Positions 52,301 to 63,452 of a stretch of DNA of 64,000 nt are shown one piece after another. Under the pieces are notes generated by a model. That model did no database searches, was not told the origin of the DNA, and saw only the letters and a program-made list of their open reading frames with translations. Position 1 is the stretch's first letter; every line of letters begins with the position of its first letter. Source of the DNA: Phoronis australis (lineage: Eukaryota; Animalia; Phoronida); contig NMRA01000366.1 in NCBI GenBank assembly GCA_002633005.1, positions 184,222 to 248,221 of the forward strand. The letters are read 5' to 3'. Position numbers and translations under genes: made by a program.

Positions 52301-53716
52301 TTTTTCAATGGACTGCTTGATGTAGGTATCACCAGGATGTCAGAAATTATGTTGTTGTGCAACTGAACGAAGTGACTCACGAAAGCAATGTTAAGAACTG
52401 AGGGAAATCATAAGAAATTCCTCACAGTGTTGCCATATTAAGGAATGGTTATTTGGCTCTGGGATGTTTATGTGAACACTGTAGCATCCTGTTTATAACA
52501 TGTGTAGATAGATTCCAGGGGACACAGTTATTAGTCATTGTGCTCTAATAGGGCTAAGCCTCTACAGAAAGTAAACAAATCAGTACAACTACATGCAACA
52601 CTGGCAAAGACCCATTTGAAATAATTAAAACCTCAATTAGAATAATAACAAACAACAAATTCATGTCACATCACATTTTTAATAAAACACAGACCTTATA
52701 TAATCCAGGAATACGAGTTTGAATAGCTCACTAACATGGTGAACAGCTGTTCTGTTTTCGTTTCTGACATTATAGTAATGGCTGACTACCGTTATGCGAA
52801 GCCTGTGGCTGTTTTGTAAACTAAATTCCGGAGTTACACGACCTCTGTCTATAGCCAGCTTGCTAGCTGTATGAAGACTATCCTAAAAATACAGATAGGT
52901 ACCACTGTTTGTTGAGCTCTGACAGACTTCAAAATTGCACACAACGAGGGTATTTCTGTTTGTCACCTCGTAGTGAAAAGTTAAAACATGTAGAACTAAT
53001 GATCGGTGGGAATGCATGCAAAGTCTGGGAGCCAACTGACACCTTGCCCATTGCAGTCATTTTTTGTGAAAAACATCTAAATTAAATATACATAGTCATA
53101 TTTTGCATAATTCTCCACCTGTTGTAAAGGAAAGCCTGTGGTTGTTTTGAAAACAGTGCATCATTTCCTATTTTTGTGACGTCACTCATTTGGAAGATGA
53201 TGACAGCTTTGCAACAAGGTTTTATATTCTGAAATTCCGTATTGTTGGTATCATAATTATGGTAAAAGCTTTAAATAACAAAATGAAATCAGTTCTGATA
53301 ATTTGTGGTCACATGTACGCAACCTCGTTGTAGTAGGACAGTTGATTTAAGAATCGTCAAAAAAGAAACCGACCAGTACGTAATGCTTAATATCAGTAAA
53401 TAATTTAGTTTTCTAAAGGTGAAGTGTTGATTTTAATCACAGTAATTTTGTGTCACATTTTATTTGTCCAGTTTTTACCCACATTGGTGAAAGTCGGACT
53501 GTATAGTATACAGCTTTGTACCAAGGCTACATACTCGTCATAGCCAACCCGTAACCTTCTAGCTTTGATTTGCTACATGTTGGCAACTGTTAGTGGACCA
53601 AAGTTGCACATTTAGACTAGTGAATGCAAGTTTATTTCATAGTTATGTTTGAAATGCAGTGCTCTAGTACTCGGCGTCTTTATTCATTTGATTTTTCACA
53701 GTGTGTGATATCAAAA

Positions 53717-53947
53717 GGCTGTTCACCACCCGGCATCACAGGGCTGCTCACCATCCTGCACCACAGGGCTGCTCACCATCCTGCACCACAGGGCTGCTNC
53801 TGCTCACCATCCTGCATCACAGGGCTGCTCACCATCCTCCATCACAGGGCTGCTCACCATCCTGCATCACAGGGCTGCTCACCATCCAGCACCACAGGGC
53901 TGCTCACCATCCTGCATCACAGGGCTGCTCACCATCCTGCATCACAT
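53717..53947 (+). repeat. 25-bp tandem repeat (~9 copies) just upstream of the OSGEPL1 ATG
   Basis: Unit CATCACAGGGCTGCTCACCATCCTG; contains one N. Confidence 0.92.
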
Positions 53948-53984
53948 CTAAAGACTCATAGATTGTAGTAATTACTGAATCACC

Positions 53985-54322
53985 ATGGCAGCAGTTTGTT
54001 TGCATAACTCTTTCACCAAAAAAATGTTTCGGTTTTTATTTTTGAAGTTGAAACGACAACCAGGCCTGCTCTCCACATTTTGCTCAGCAAGTCTTCAGCC
54101 AAGGCAATGGAGTCAAAGAGTGCATAATAAGCTAACAATGAAACGTAGCTTGCAGAGAAACTGGTCGACTCCACAAAAGTTCAGCTCTGTTACTGCAAGT
54201 AGTCCGCCTATAACAGTGCTGGGGATAGAGACTAGCTGTGACGACACAGGTGTGGCTGTTGTTAACGATAGTGGTCACATTCTGGGTGAGGCACTGGTAA
54301 ACCAAACGACAACACATCTACA
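53985..54322 (+). CDS. OSGEPL1: Mitochondrial tRNA N6-adenosine threonylcarbamoyltransferase (OSGEPL1/Qri7), coding exon 1
   Basis: caccATGG; basic/hydroxylated presequence lacking acidic residues, then VLGIETSCDDTGVAVV (Kae1/TsaD signature); donor |gttaag, phase 2. Confidence 0.92.
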
Positions 54323-54474
54323 GTTAAGTTTTCCCTTTTAGAGTGAAGTTTAAACAGGTCACATTTCTTTATTGGAATTGTTTTGTGATGTACTTTTTGG
54401 AAATGGCTTGAATTCTACTGATGAGTTTTATGGTTTTTTGGTAACCTCAACACTTGAGAGGAGAGGGTTTAGGA

Positions 54475-54665
54475 GAAATGACAAGTGGTGGGTGTTCACT
54501 TGTTATAAATACAGGAGAAGTTGACACAAAACGTATGAAATGACAAGTGGTGGGGGTTCACTTGTTATAAATACAGGAGAAGTTGACACAAAACGTATGA
54601 AATGACAAGTGGTGGGTATTCACTTGTTATAAATACAGGAGAAGTTGACACAAAACGTATGAAAC
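54475..54665. repeat. 62-bp tandem repeat x3 (intronic)
   Basis: gaaatgacaagtggtggg..ttcacttgttataaatacaggagaagttgacacaaaacgtat; acaagtgg recurs at 54481, 54543 and 54605. Confidence 0.9.
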
Positions 54666-54704
54666 AAGTAGGAAAACAAATATGACTCCTGATTAAGCAA
54701 CTGC

Positions 54705-54888
54705 TTGACCATTCTAGAACTATTCTCACTGGCTTTGTGACTTGGCCATTCTAGAACTATTCTCACTGGCTTTGTGACTTGGTCATTCTAGAACTATTCT
54801 CACTGGCTTTGTGACTTGGCCATTCTAGAACTATTCTCACTGGCTTTGCGACTTGGCCATTCTAGAACTATTCTCACTGGCTTTGCGA
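54705..54888. repeat. 37-bp tandem repeat x5 (intronic)
   Basis: Unit CCATTCTAGAACTATTCTCACTGGCTTTGTGACTTGG. Confidence 0.9.
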
Positions 54889-57519
54889 CAAACTTGGTGC
54901 TATATTCCATTACATAAGATTATGTCTTCATAACTGTTTCAGAGAAGTAAGCAGTGAACACGTTGGTATAATGGAGAGATAGCCAGATTTGAAGATTTAA
55001 TTGGGCATTTCAGTGAAAAGGTCAACCTAAAGACAAAAAAAAATTAAATTTCTGATCTCATCTAAAAGCTTAGTTTCTAGTTTCAGGACCCATATTTAAA
55101 TTTTCTATGATTTTGAATTTTTTTTAAAAAAAACCATTTTTGGAGGTCACATGTCCCTAAAAATTACCCCGATTTTTATGTGTGTTGCTAATTATTATCA
55201 TAAGTAGGCTAATTACGGGTACACTACTTTATTAAATTTGCGCAATCACATGAAGCCTAAAATTTCTAAACATGTCATTTGAACCGTAGAACACCGTCGA
55301 CCTCTTTGGGTCAAAGTCCAACTGTTGGATATCATTGTGCCATACATCCATCACAAAGATGCTAAAAGGCTTATAGCTACATCAAAAGTTTTCAATCAAA
55401 ATTAAAATAATTTCATATTCTCTTTTAACTTGCTAGTCAATACGATTGACCAATTTGAAACCAGGGATTATTTGTTAAGTCAGATTTCACGTGACTGACT
55501 GACGTACAGAAAATTTGTACGTCTGTCACGTACCTTCGTCACACCCATAAATTTACAATTTTCAGACAATGAAAGTAACCTTAGGTCTTGTTTTCACTTT
55601 CCAAACGTGCAGAAGACAAAATGTGTCTCGCACCTGAGAACCTGAAACAACTGAATATTACAAACACAACTATAAAATCATGTAAAGAAGTTGCTACGCA
55701 TTTAAACTAGATGCATTGTACTTTAAATTTCAGTTTCGAAGTATTACTGAAAAGTTGTACTTTACAGTGTAACCTAATTATTCGTAGTAGAATTCAAATG
55801 GATAAAGTTAGACAGATGGACCACATAACAAAATGTAAATAAAAGAAAATGTTAATTTAAGTGTCCTGCATTTGTAAACTTGAGAGATCCTTAGTTTTTG
55901 GAAAATTGCAGAAGCAAAAAGTCACAAAAAATTTCATAAGGTACAAATTGATAGATTCTTATTTTTACAACCAGGAAAGCATAATACCTGACAGTTTCGG
56001 CTCCTGTCAGCAGCCATCTTTCGAAGTTTTCCGTCGGACTAAGCGAACACAGAAAGGAGCAGTCTCAGCGTAGGGTGACATGTTCAGAGAGGAGATGGTC
56101 TCAAGAGTTCTATTAACATATCTGCAGTCACTGATCATGTTCTTTGTTTTAATCAAAAGATATTTAACTAACTGGGATGATGGTTGTCCTGTTGAGTCGG
56201 AAAATAATTGAAGATCTAGACGAATAAGAGAGGCTATCTAGTGGGTCAGAAAAAAGTGACTCAGGAACAGGGACAATGGAGGGCATAAGTTGTCTAAGAT
56301 TTGGAACAGCCTCATCACCACGCCACCTAGTGTTAAATAACTATGGAAGATGGCTGCTGAAATGAAGGTATGATGCTTTCGTGCTTGTGAAAATACGAAA
56401 TTATCAATTTAGAAGCAAAAAGACATATAAAAGAATTTTTAAAGTGCTGTAGGAGGACTACATGTAAAGTTGCAGTTCTGCTGAAATCAACGAGTTATTT
56501 CCACTCTAAACCGCTATATTTTGTATTGAAAAAGCCGATGCTGGACTTTTTTAAATGGTAGCAACCTGTGACCTACTTTATTAAACATTTTTGTCACACG
56601 TTCACTGACTAGTCACTCGGCTTGTGTTTTTCGGTGTCTTGGGTGGCTTGTATGAAGTGATTTCACAGCAAATGATTGAATCGTCTCATTTTACATGTTT
56701 TTGGCAAAACGAAAATCTTGATCTTACAATCTTTTTGAGAAAGATTATTTGTTTTCTAAGCCTCTGGAAGATTGAAATGAAAGAGGAAATTGCTGGAGAC
56801 CATAGGAAGAACAAATGCGACTGAGAGAGGAACAAATATCTGCTGGAATGTTCTCTGAAACTCGGAAAAAATGCCATGATCGTGAATCAAAAAATTCATA
56901 ATTCTCTCTGCACGAACCATGATACAACTTTATTTTGCGCCTCTCTTTGAAATTGAAAAGAAGATATGTCACGAATTAAAAAACTAAATGAAAAAGACAG
57001 CTAATCACTTGTAAGGACCAGCATCTCGTAATTTTTATCACTTTGACATATTCCTAAAAGGTAATCCTTAATTTAATGTAATTTGTCTGCAAGACCGTAT
57101 CGGTGTAATATGAATGTTATAAGTCGATGCTGTCAACTGGACCATGCTGAACCAATTGTCTTCTTAACACGTTATAAGAAGATACTGAAGTCCTGTTACA
57201 ATACTTTTAAAACATCAAGTTGAATTTCTGGTTTGAGACCATGGCACAGGTTAATCACTATTGGCGCAAGGTTATCAAATGTGCACCAGATAAAATTTCG
57301 TAGTTTGTTGTTAAGAAACGAACAGTTTGAAGTTCTGTTTTGAAGTTGGACATTTCTTTATTTCCTACAGATGCCAGTCTCCAACTTTTTACTTGGAGGT
57401 TCCATACCCTCAAGTCTTGTTCGGACCTTGGAGGCAAGGTTTTGTCTGTAAAAATTGAACTTTGCATGCGTGGTCACATTTCATTGGCTGCTTCCTTTAT
57501 TTGTGACTTGATGTTACAG

Positions 57520-57619
57520 ACGTGGAGGCATCATCCCGCCTGTTGCCCGAGATCTTCATGAGCAATGCATTGAATCGACCACGCATCATGCACTTGACCA
57601 AGCCAACATGTCTATCCAG
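57520..57619 (+). CDS. OSGEPL1: OSGEPL1 coding exon 2
   Basis: ttacag| (Q)RGGIIPPVARDLHEQCIESTTHHALDQANMSIQ |gtgagt; GGIxP..A...H motif; phases match the flanking exons. Confidence 0.92.
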
Positions 57620-57698
57620 GTGAGTTGAAATGATTTGATAGTCGTAATGACGTAAATTTGTCTAAGCTGACTATCTTTGGTTGTAATTGTCGACTCCA

Positions 57699-58090
57699 GA
57701 TTAATTAATATTGCTTTGCCATACCCCAAATTCATTTGCCAACTGCAGATTTATTGCTTTGCTATACCCCTAATGTTATTTGTCAAGTATGGATTAATAG
57801 TGCTTTGCTATACCCCTAATGTTATTTGTCAAGTATGGATTAATATTGCTTTGCCATACCCCAAATTCATTTGCCAACTGCAGATTTATTGCTTTGCTAT
57901 ACCCCTAATGTTATTTGTCAAGTATGGATTAATAGTGCTTTGCCATACCCCTAATGTTATTTGTCAAGTATGGATTAATAGTGCTTTGCTATACCCCTAA
58001 TGTTATTTGTCAAGTATGGATTAATAGTGCTTTGCTATACCCCTAATGTTATTTGTCAAGTATGGATTAATAGTGCTTTGCCATACCCCT
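57699..58090. repeat. ~46-bp tandem repeat with higher-order duplication (intronic)
   Basis: GGATTAATAGTGCTTTGCTATACCCCTAATGTTATTTGTCAAGTAT units plus a variant unit (ccaaattcatttgccaactgcag) that occurs twice. Confidence 0.9.
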
Positions 58091-58210
58091 AAAGTCATTA
58101 TTGATTATAGTCTTGGCTGATTAAATTCTCCAACTAATATTCACAAATTCAGCCTTTGCTGTAGTTGTTCTTTTAATTTAATTTAAATGCTGAATGTTTT
58201 GTTTTGTCAG

Positions 58211-58368
58211 GATGTTAGTGCTATAGCTGTGACAGTCAAGCCTGGTCTGGGACTGTCCCTGGGGGTGGGGCTGGAGCATGCTAAACAGCTGGTCTGTGCC
58301 AGTGGCAAGCCGCTTATTCCCATCCACCACATGGAGGCTCATGCGCTCACAGCCCGCATGATTCAACT
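58211..58368 (+). CDS. OSGEPL1: OSGEPL1 coding exon 3
   Basis: tgtcag| DVSAIAVTVKPGLGLSLGVG...KPLIPIHHMEAHALTARM |gtaagg; metal-binding HHMEAH motif. Confidence 0.95.
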
Positions 58369-58559
58369 GTAAGGATTTCTAAGTACGGTTATTTCAATAA
58401 GGAGTTCACAAAAGTTCTTAAAGTGCTTAAAATCACCAGTTTCGTGTCAAAAACATCAAAAAAAAAAACAACCCTACCAGTCGATCAGCTGTCAAATTAA
58501 AACACCCGTAAACACTATGAGATGTTAATTTAGCTGATCTCGAGTTACGACCATTTATT

Positions 58560-58912
58560 GGTTTAATTTGTTTTGCGCCCATAGCTGTATCTCCTAAACC
58601 CACTGCTGGATCTTTATTAAATTTAGTAAGTGTATTTATGTGAAGCTAACAACAGACAATGACGACTTTCAGGCGGATCAGCAATTTCATTTCATTCTGT
58701 TTTCCTTTGCTTCTCCAAAGTTCTGTGACAGATTTCTATGAAATTTGGTGAATAGCTTTCTATTAAAGAAGCTATGACATGTTCTCATTTCGGGATGGAT
58801 TGTACGTTTTTGTGCCATCTAGTGGCCATTTTTATGACACAAATAAACAACCCTAAAAGCACACCGTTTGCGATGTTCGTGGGCGCATTTCAACGCTCGC
58901 GTTGCTCTTGTT
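58560..58912 (+). mobile_element. Diverged 5'-truncated HINE copy
   Basis: Ends gtgggcgcatttcaacgctcgcgttgctcttgtt like the full copies; internal unit with gtgccatctagtggc. A more decayed 3' end lies at ~61200-61276. Confidence 0.7.
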
Positions 58913-58938
58913 TGTAAACTTATGTTCCATTTATTTAG

Positions 58939-59068
58939 GATTGAGTTCCCTTACCTCGTGTTATTGGCCAGTGGTGGACACTGCTTATTGGCTATTGCAA
59001 GAAATGTTAATGACTTTTTGCTGATTGGTCAAAGTTATGATGATTCACCAGGAGAGGCCTTAGACAAG
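58939..59068 (+). CDS. OSGEPL1: OSGEPL1 coding exon 4
   Basis: atttag| (L)IEFPYLVLLASGGHCLLAIA...DDSPGEALDK |gtgtgt; SGGH and DDxPGEAxDK motifs. Confidence 0.95.
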
Positions 59069-59165
59069 GTGTGTATATTTTTTCATACGTTTAGAATTAC
59101 CTGCGACTTTTGAGGCAAGTTAATTTTTTCATATGGTGGAAACCCAAATGTATCACAACCTGCAC

Positions 59166-60273
59166 TTTTTGTTATCCGCCCACATATCTATATGTGGACG
59201 CATTATGCCGTCATCTCTGTCTGTCCGTCTGTCCGTCCGTCCGGGCGGCGTCCGGCGTCCGCTGCTCTATCTCCAAAACCCTTTGACATACGTTCATGAA
59301 ATTTGGCACATATGTTCCATTCATGAATGGGACGGCATGTGCGAACTTTCGGACGGATCCGATTACCGGTGTGCCCCCTAGTGGCAATTTTAGTTTTTTA
59401 CGCTTACCTTTGTATCTTCAAAAGTCCTGAANNNNNNNNNNNNNNNNNNNNNNNNNNNNNNNNNNNNNNNNNNNNNNNNNNNNNNNNNNNNNNNNNNNNN
59501 NNNNNNNNNNNNNNNNNNNNNNNNNNNNNNNNNNNNNNNNNNNNNNNNNNNNNNNNNNNNNNNNNNNNNNNNNNNNNNNNNNNNNNNNNNNNNNNNNNNN
59601 NNNNNNNNNNNNNNNNNNNNNNNNNNNNNNNNNNNNNNNNNNNNNNNNNNNNNNNNNNNNNNNNNNNNNNNNNNNNNNNNNNNNNNNNNNNNNNNNNNNN
59701 NNNNNNNNNNNNNNNNNNNNNNNNNNNNNNNNNNNNNNNNNNNNNNNNNNNNNNNNNNNNNNNNNNNNNNNNNNNNNNNNNNNNNNTATGTGATGTTGAC
59801 AACGGACGATGACGACTTTAGGGTGATTCTGACTACCGGTATGCCTCTAGTGGCAATTTTAGTATTTGCCTCTAGTGGCAATTTTAGTATTTTATATTGA
59901 CCTCTGTATTTTCATAGGTCTTCAGGTGTATACTTTGTGTTACTTCGTGACTATGAAGGAAAAGTTCCAAGTAGAAATTTGTTTCTGGCATTCTAATGCT
60001 GTGCTAATCTCGTATGTTGGTAAATTTGTTCTTAATTCTTTCTGTGGTGCTTTAAGCAACTGGTGTATAGGATTTGCTTGTATTATGAAGATTACTCACA
60101 TTTTGCCCCTAGCCTATTGAGGAGACAATGACCATGCCTTTCCATTTTGCAAATTACAACATACTACATATATGCCCTCTACTGGCCACTTTATGGTACC
60201 AATAAACAACCCTAGAAGGATACCATATGCGGTGCAATTGTGGGCGCATTTCAATGCTCTGCGTTGCTCTTGT
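59166..60273 (+). mobile_element. HINE full-length copy 2 (spans assembly gap)
   Basis: Near-identical to 48272-49362 on both sides of the N run. Confidence 0.85.
59432..59786. other. Assembly gap (355 N)
   Basis: Run of N; ORFs crossing it are artefacts. Confidence 0.99.
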
Positions 60274-60859
60274 TAATAATGTAGTCTTGTGCTTAAGTAT
60301 TTTCAATAATATTTTTGTTTTTGTGGCTTCAAATTGTTGTCAGCTAATTTATCTTTATGTTTTAAGAAATACAGCATCCTTCATTCAACAAGCAATGGCA
60401 ATTAGGAGCAAAATTATGAGTAGGCCTATTTGATAAATTAACGAAATTAAACTGTTTGTATATTAATATATTGTGGGCCAATGGCCCTATGAGTTTTGAA
60501 TTAAACATTTTGTTGTTTGTTGTTTGTTGAAAGTCGAAAGTTGCTGGCAATGTTGTGGTCATGCCAAAGCAGATCATAAAATTTGCTCTGGAGTACTGTC
60601 TATTTATTTTGTATTGGACTTCAGAACTTTTCTGACATCATATAATTGCAAAAACTGAAGAAGTTTTAATGAAGATTATTTCAGTAAAGTGGTTTCAGCT
60701 GCTGATTTAAAGTCATGGAAATGTTTAGGCAATTTGACATTCGCGTTTATTAAATGTTTGAATATTATGTATTAACTAAACAATTTTTGTCATTCCATCT
60801 GCATGTACTAGCATTTAGACAAAGAATCAGCCAGTTCCAAACATACTGTTGAATTGCAG

Positions 60860-61064
60860 ACAGCTAGGCGACTTGGTCTGAAGAATATTCCAGAATGCTC
60901 CAGCATGCCTGGTGGAGCTGCCATTGAATACATGGCCAGGAAAGGTGACCCATGGTCATTTGCCTTGACTGAGCCACTGCTGAAGACTGCCAACTGTTGC
61001 TTCTCCTTCTCAGGTTTGAAAGAACAAGTCAGGAAGATTATAGAGAAAGAAGAGAGTAAACACG
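60860..61064 (+). CDS. OSGEPL1: OSGEPL1 coding exon 5
   Basis: ttgcag| TARRLGLKNIPECSSMPGGAAIEYMARKG...NCCFSFSGLK...SKH |gtaaac; FSFSGLK motif; phase 1 end. Confidence 0.95.
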
Positions 61065-62115
61065 GTAAACAAAGACAAGTGTTAACCTTGTGTCTAATAT
61101 AGTCAAAAAAAGCAAGTCAGGCTGATTAAATAATTTTGAGAGACAACTACACCTTCCAATTTTTGGTTGGATTTGTTGTATTCTGAGCGACCGTATGACC
61201 ACTTTATGATTTTCCTAGAAGCACACTGTTTGCGTTACGGTCCTTGGTGCCTTTCAATGCTCCGCATTGCTCTTGTTAATACATGTATATTGTCTGCCCT
61301 TGCAGCGATCTACTAATTATTTTATTTACAAAATATCGTAAAACCACATCATTTACTTTTAACTTCAGTTTCTTGAATTAAGAATTCCTGGTTTTCAAAT
61401 TTGGTTGTTTTTAATTTGTCCGCATTTATCAGAGCTTGACACTAACGAACGTCTGACCGTTTTGACAGCAGGTAACTAATTTGTTGTCAACCATCTTATT
61501 CTTCAATTCAGTGGTATGTCTAATCAGCAAGTTAATGTCATTCAAAGCTTTATGTATAAATCATGCAGAGTTCACCTGAGCTTGATGACCAAGCTGTTTA
61601 ACTCATCAGAATTTGAAAGCAGTTGTTTTACAAATTTGGAAGGAACAATGTTTGCTCGTGTCAATTATGAATTATTTTGTTGAATTCATTAATTACAGCG
61701 TGATAACTTGGGAAAGCAAGATTCTCACTCTGGAAAGTGACACTTTTGGTTTACTTGCCCAGCAGACTAGTAAAAAAATTATTTTTGTAGTACACGTTAA
61801 GCAGCTGAATGTATTATGTTGTCGGTAGTGATGTTTCATGATGTCACAGCACAGCTAACCATTTTTTTTCTAACTAGACAGAAAAAGTTTAACGACCAGT
61901 CAGGAAAGGTCTGTTAAGTTTTAGCTAACCTTACTGGCAACTTCAATGCCAACTTCTATGCAGACTCTTGTTGTAGGCTCTCTGCTGCCGACTAGCCCTT
62001 TGCAGGACCAGTTTTAGCGCCTCTGTCTGTTATCATTCGTCCAAGTTTCTCCGTTTTATATAGTGAAACTGCAACTTTATCGTGAATTATTTAATGCTTA
62101 GGAAAGGACATTTTC

Positions 62116-62647
62116 CAGGGCTTGGAATTTTCCGCGGAAACACGGATTTCCGCTTTTTTCAAATGTTCTGTCCGCGTATTTTATAATATTTCCGCGTTTC
62201 CGCGTAAAAAAACGGATTTGATATAAAATTTCCGCGGCAAATTTCTTTCTTACCGCCGCTTTGCCGACAACTTTCACCTCGAAAAGCGGAAGTTGCTCTT
62301 TATGTTTCGGAGGAACGTAAATTGTCAACATTGCCGGGGCATCTGGGATAGCATGGTGGATTTCCTCAATGGCGGCTCGTGTGATTGTAAACCGCGGCGA
62401 CAAATACTACGACTCTGCAGCCAAAAATGTTTGGAGGCGGGAGTGGTGGACGAGCTAAGACAGACGCACGCTTCCGGAGGTGGTACCGTTTATTTTTATT
62501 ATTTTTTTTTTTAAATTTTTTTTTTTATAGTCCTCTCTCGATTTTTGTCGGCAAAAGGTCCACACCGGCTTTTTCAAGGCTGCCTGCGCGCATGTTTTGG
62601 GCCGTAAAAATTTCCGCGTTTTTCGCCATTTGTCATTCCAAGCCCTG
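62116..62647. mobile_element. hAT-like MITE (532 bp) with 6-bp TSD
   Basis: attttc-CAGGGCTTGGAAT ... ATTCCAAGCCCTG-attttc; perfect 13-bp TIR; subterminal ttccgcg repeats. Confidence 0.85.
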
Positions 62648-63056
62648 ATTTTCATACCCATTTTGCATAAAATATATCCAAACAAGATTTAATAATTATG
62701 TAGACAAATCTTTTTTCATGTTCTATCGCGCGTTTTGTAAGAACAGTAAGTATGATTTGAATCGTGTGTTTAACGAGCAAGTTGTTAAACCAAAGTCATT
62801 ACCGGTGTGGCCACAGAATGCAATGCAAACAACACCATTCTGAGAAAACAATTTCATAAACATGTACAATGTTATTACCTATTGAGAATATGTGTGTAAT
62901 CAGAATTGGTCATCAAATCTAGTTGACCATATTGCCCACTCAACGGTTCAGCAATTAAAAGTGAACAGCTAATCACTTGTAGCAGATCTTTGCTTGTCTG
63001 GTTGAGCCAGCTAGCCGATCGGTCGCCAAGTGGCTACCAATCAGTCGGAAAGAAAC

Positions 63057-63317
63057 CTGTGACTAGTACTGTGTCGGTATACTGTAATGGAATTCATCTC
63101 ATTCTTGTCTCTAGGTGTAGCTGTGACTTGTACTGTGTCGGTATACTGTAATGGAATTCATCTCATTCTTGTCTCTAGGTGTAGCTGTGACTTGTACTGT
63201 GTCGGTATACTGTAATGGAATTCATCTCATTCTTGTCTCTAGCTGTAGCTGTGACTTGTACGGTGTCGGTATACTGTAATGGAATTCATCTCATTCTTGT
63301 CTCTAGCTGTAGCTGTG
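63057..63317 (+). repeat. 64-bp tandem repeat x4 spanning the OSGEPL1 intron 5/exon 6 boundary
   Basis: Unit ctgtgact.gtac.gtgtcggtatactgtaatggaattcatctcattcttgtctctag.tgtag; AGs end at 63114, 63178, 63242 and 63306. Confidence 0.93.
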
Positions 63318-63452
63318 GGATCTCTGCTGCCCAGTGTGGCAGACGTTTGTGCCTCTTTCCAATATGCCATTTGGCATCACATGGCAAGACGATTGCAGCG
63401 CTGCCTGTTGTTCTGCGAAATGAAACACTTGCTACCTGAGGAAAAGACACTG
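63307..63452 (+). CDS. OSGEPL1: OSGEPL1 coding exon 6 (gene continues beyond window)
   Basis: tctctag| (A)VAVGSLLPSVADVCASFQYAIWHHMARRLQRCLLFCEMKHLLPEEKTL |gtaagt; ADxxASFQ motif. The expected following SGGVA exon is not in the window. Confidence 0.9.

Larger units (their letters stand above)
50986..52850. mobile_element. ISL2EU-like (PIF/Harbinger-related) transposon, internally deleted
   Basis: Ends at-AGACAGA ... TCTGTCT-at (AT TSD-like, short TIR). Contains convergent N-terminal fragments of a THAP protein (+) and a SWIM-finger protein (-) joined at ~51900. Confidence 0.65.

Noticed and set aside
53043-53060. Minus-strand micro-exon MTAMGK|gt as start of a gene divergent from OSGEPL1
   Set aside because: No downstream coding exons could be linked to it; expected by chance.
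53624-53968. Repetitive His/Cys-rich ORFs, and 57677..58000
   Set aside because: Translations of 25-bp and 46-bp tandem repeats whose unit lengths are not multiples of three.
59327-59881. Long ORFs of 132-163 aa
   Set aside because: Artefacts of the N gap.
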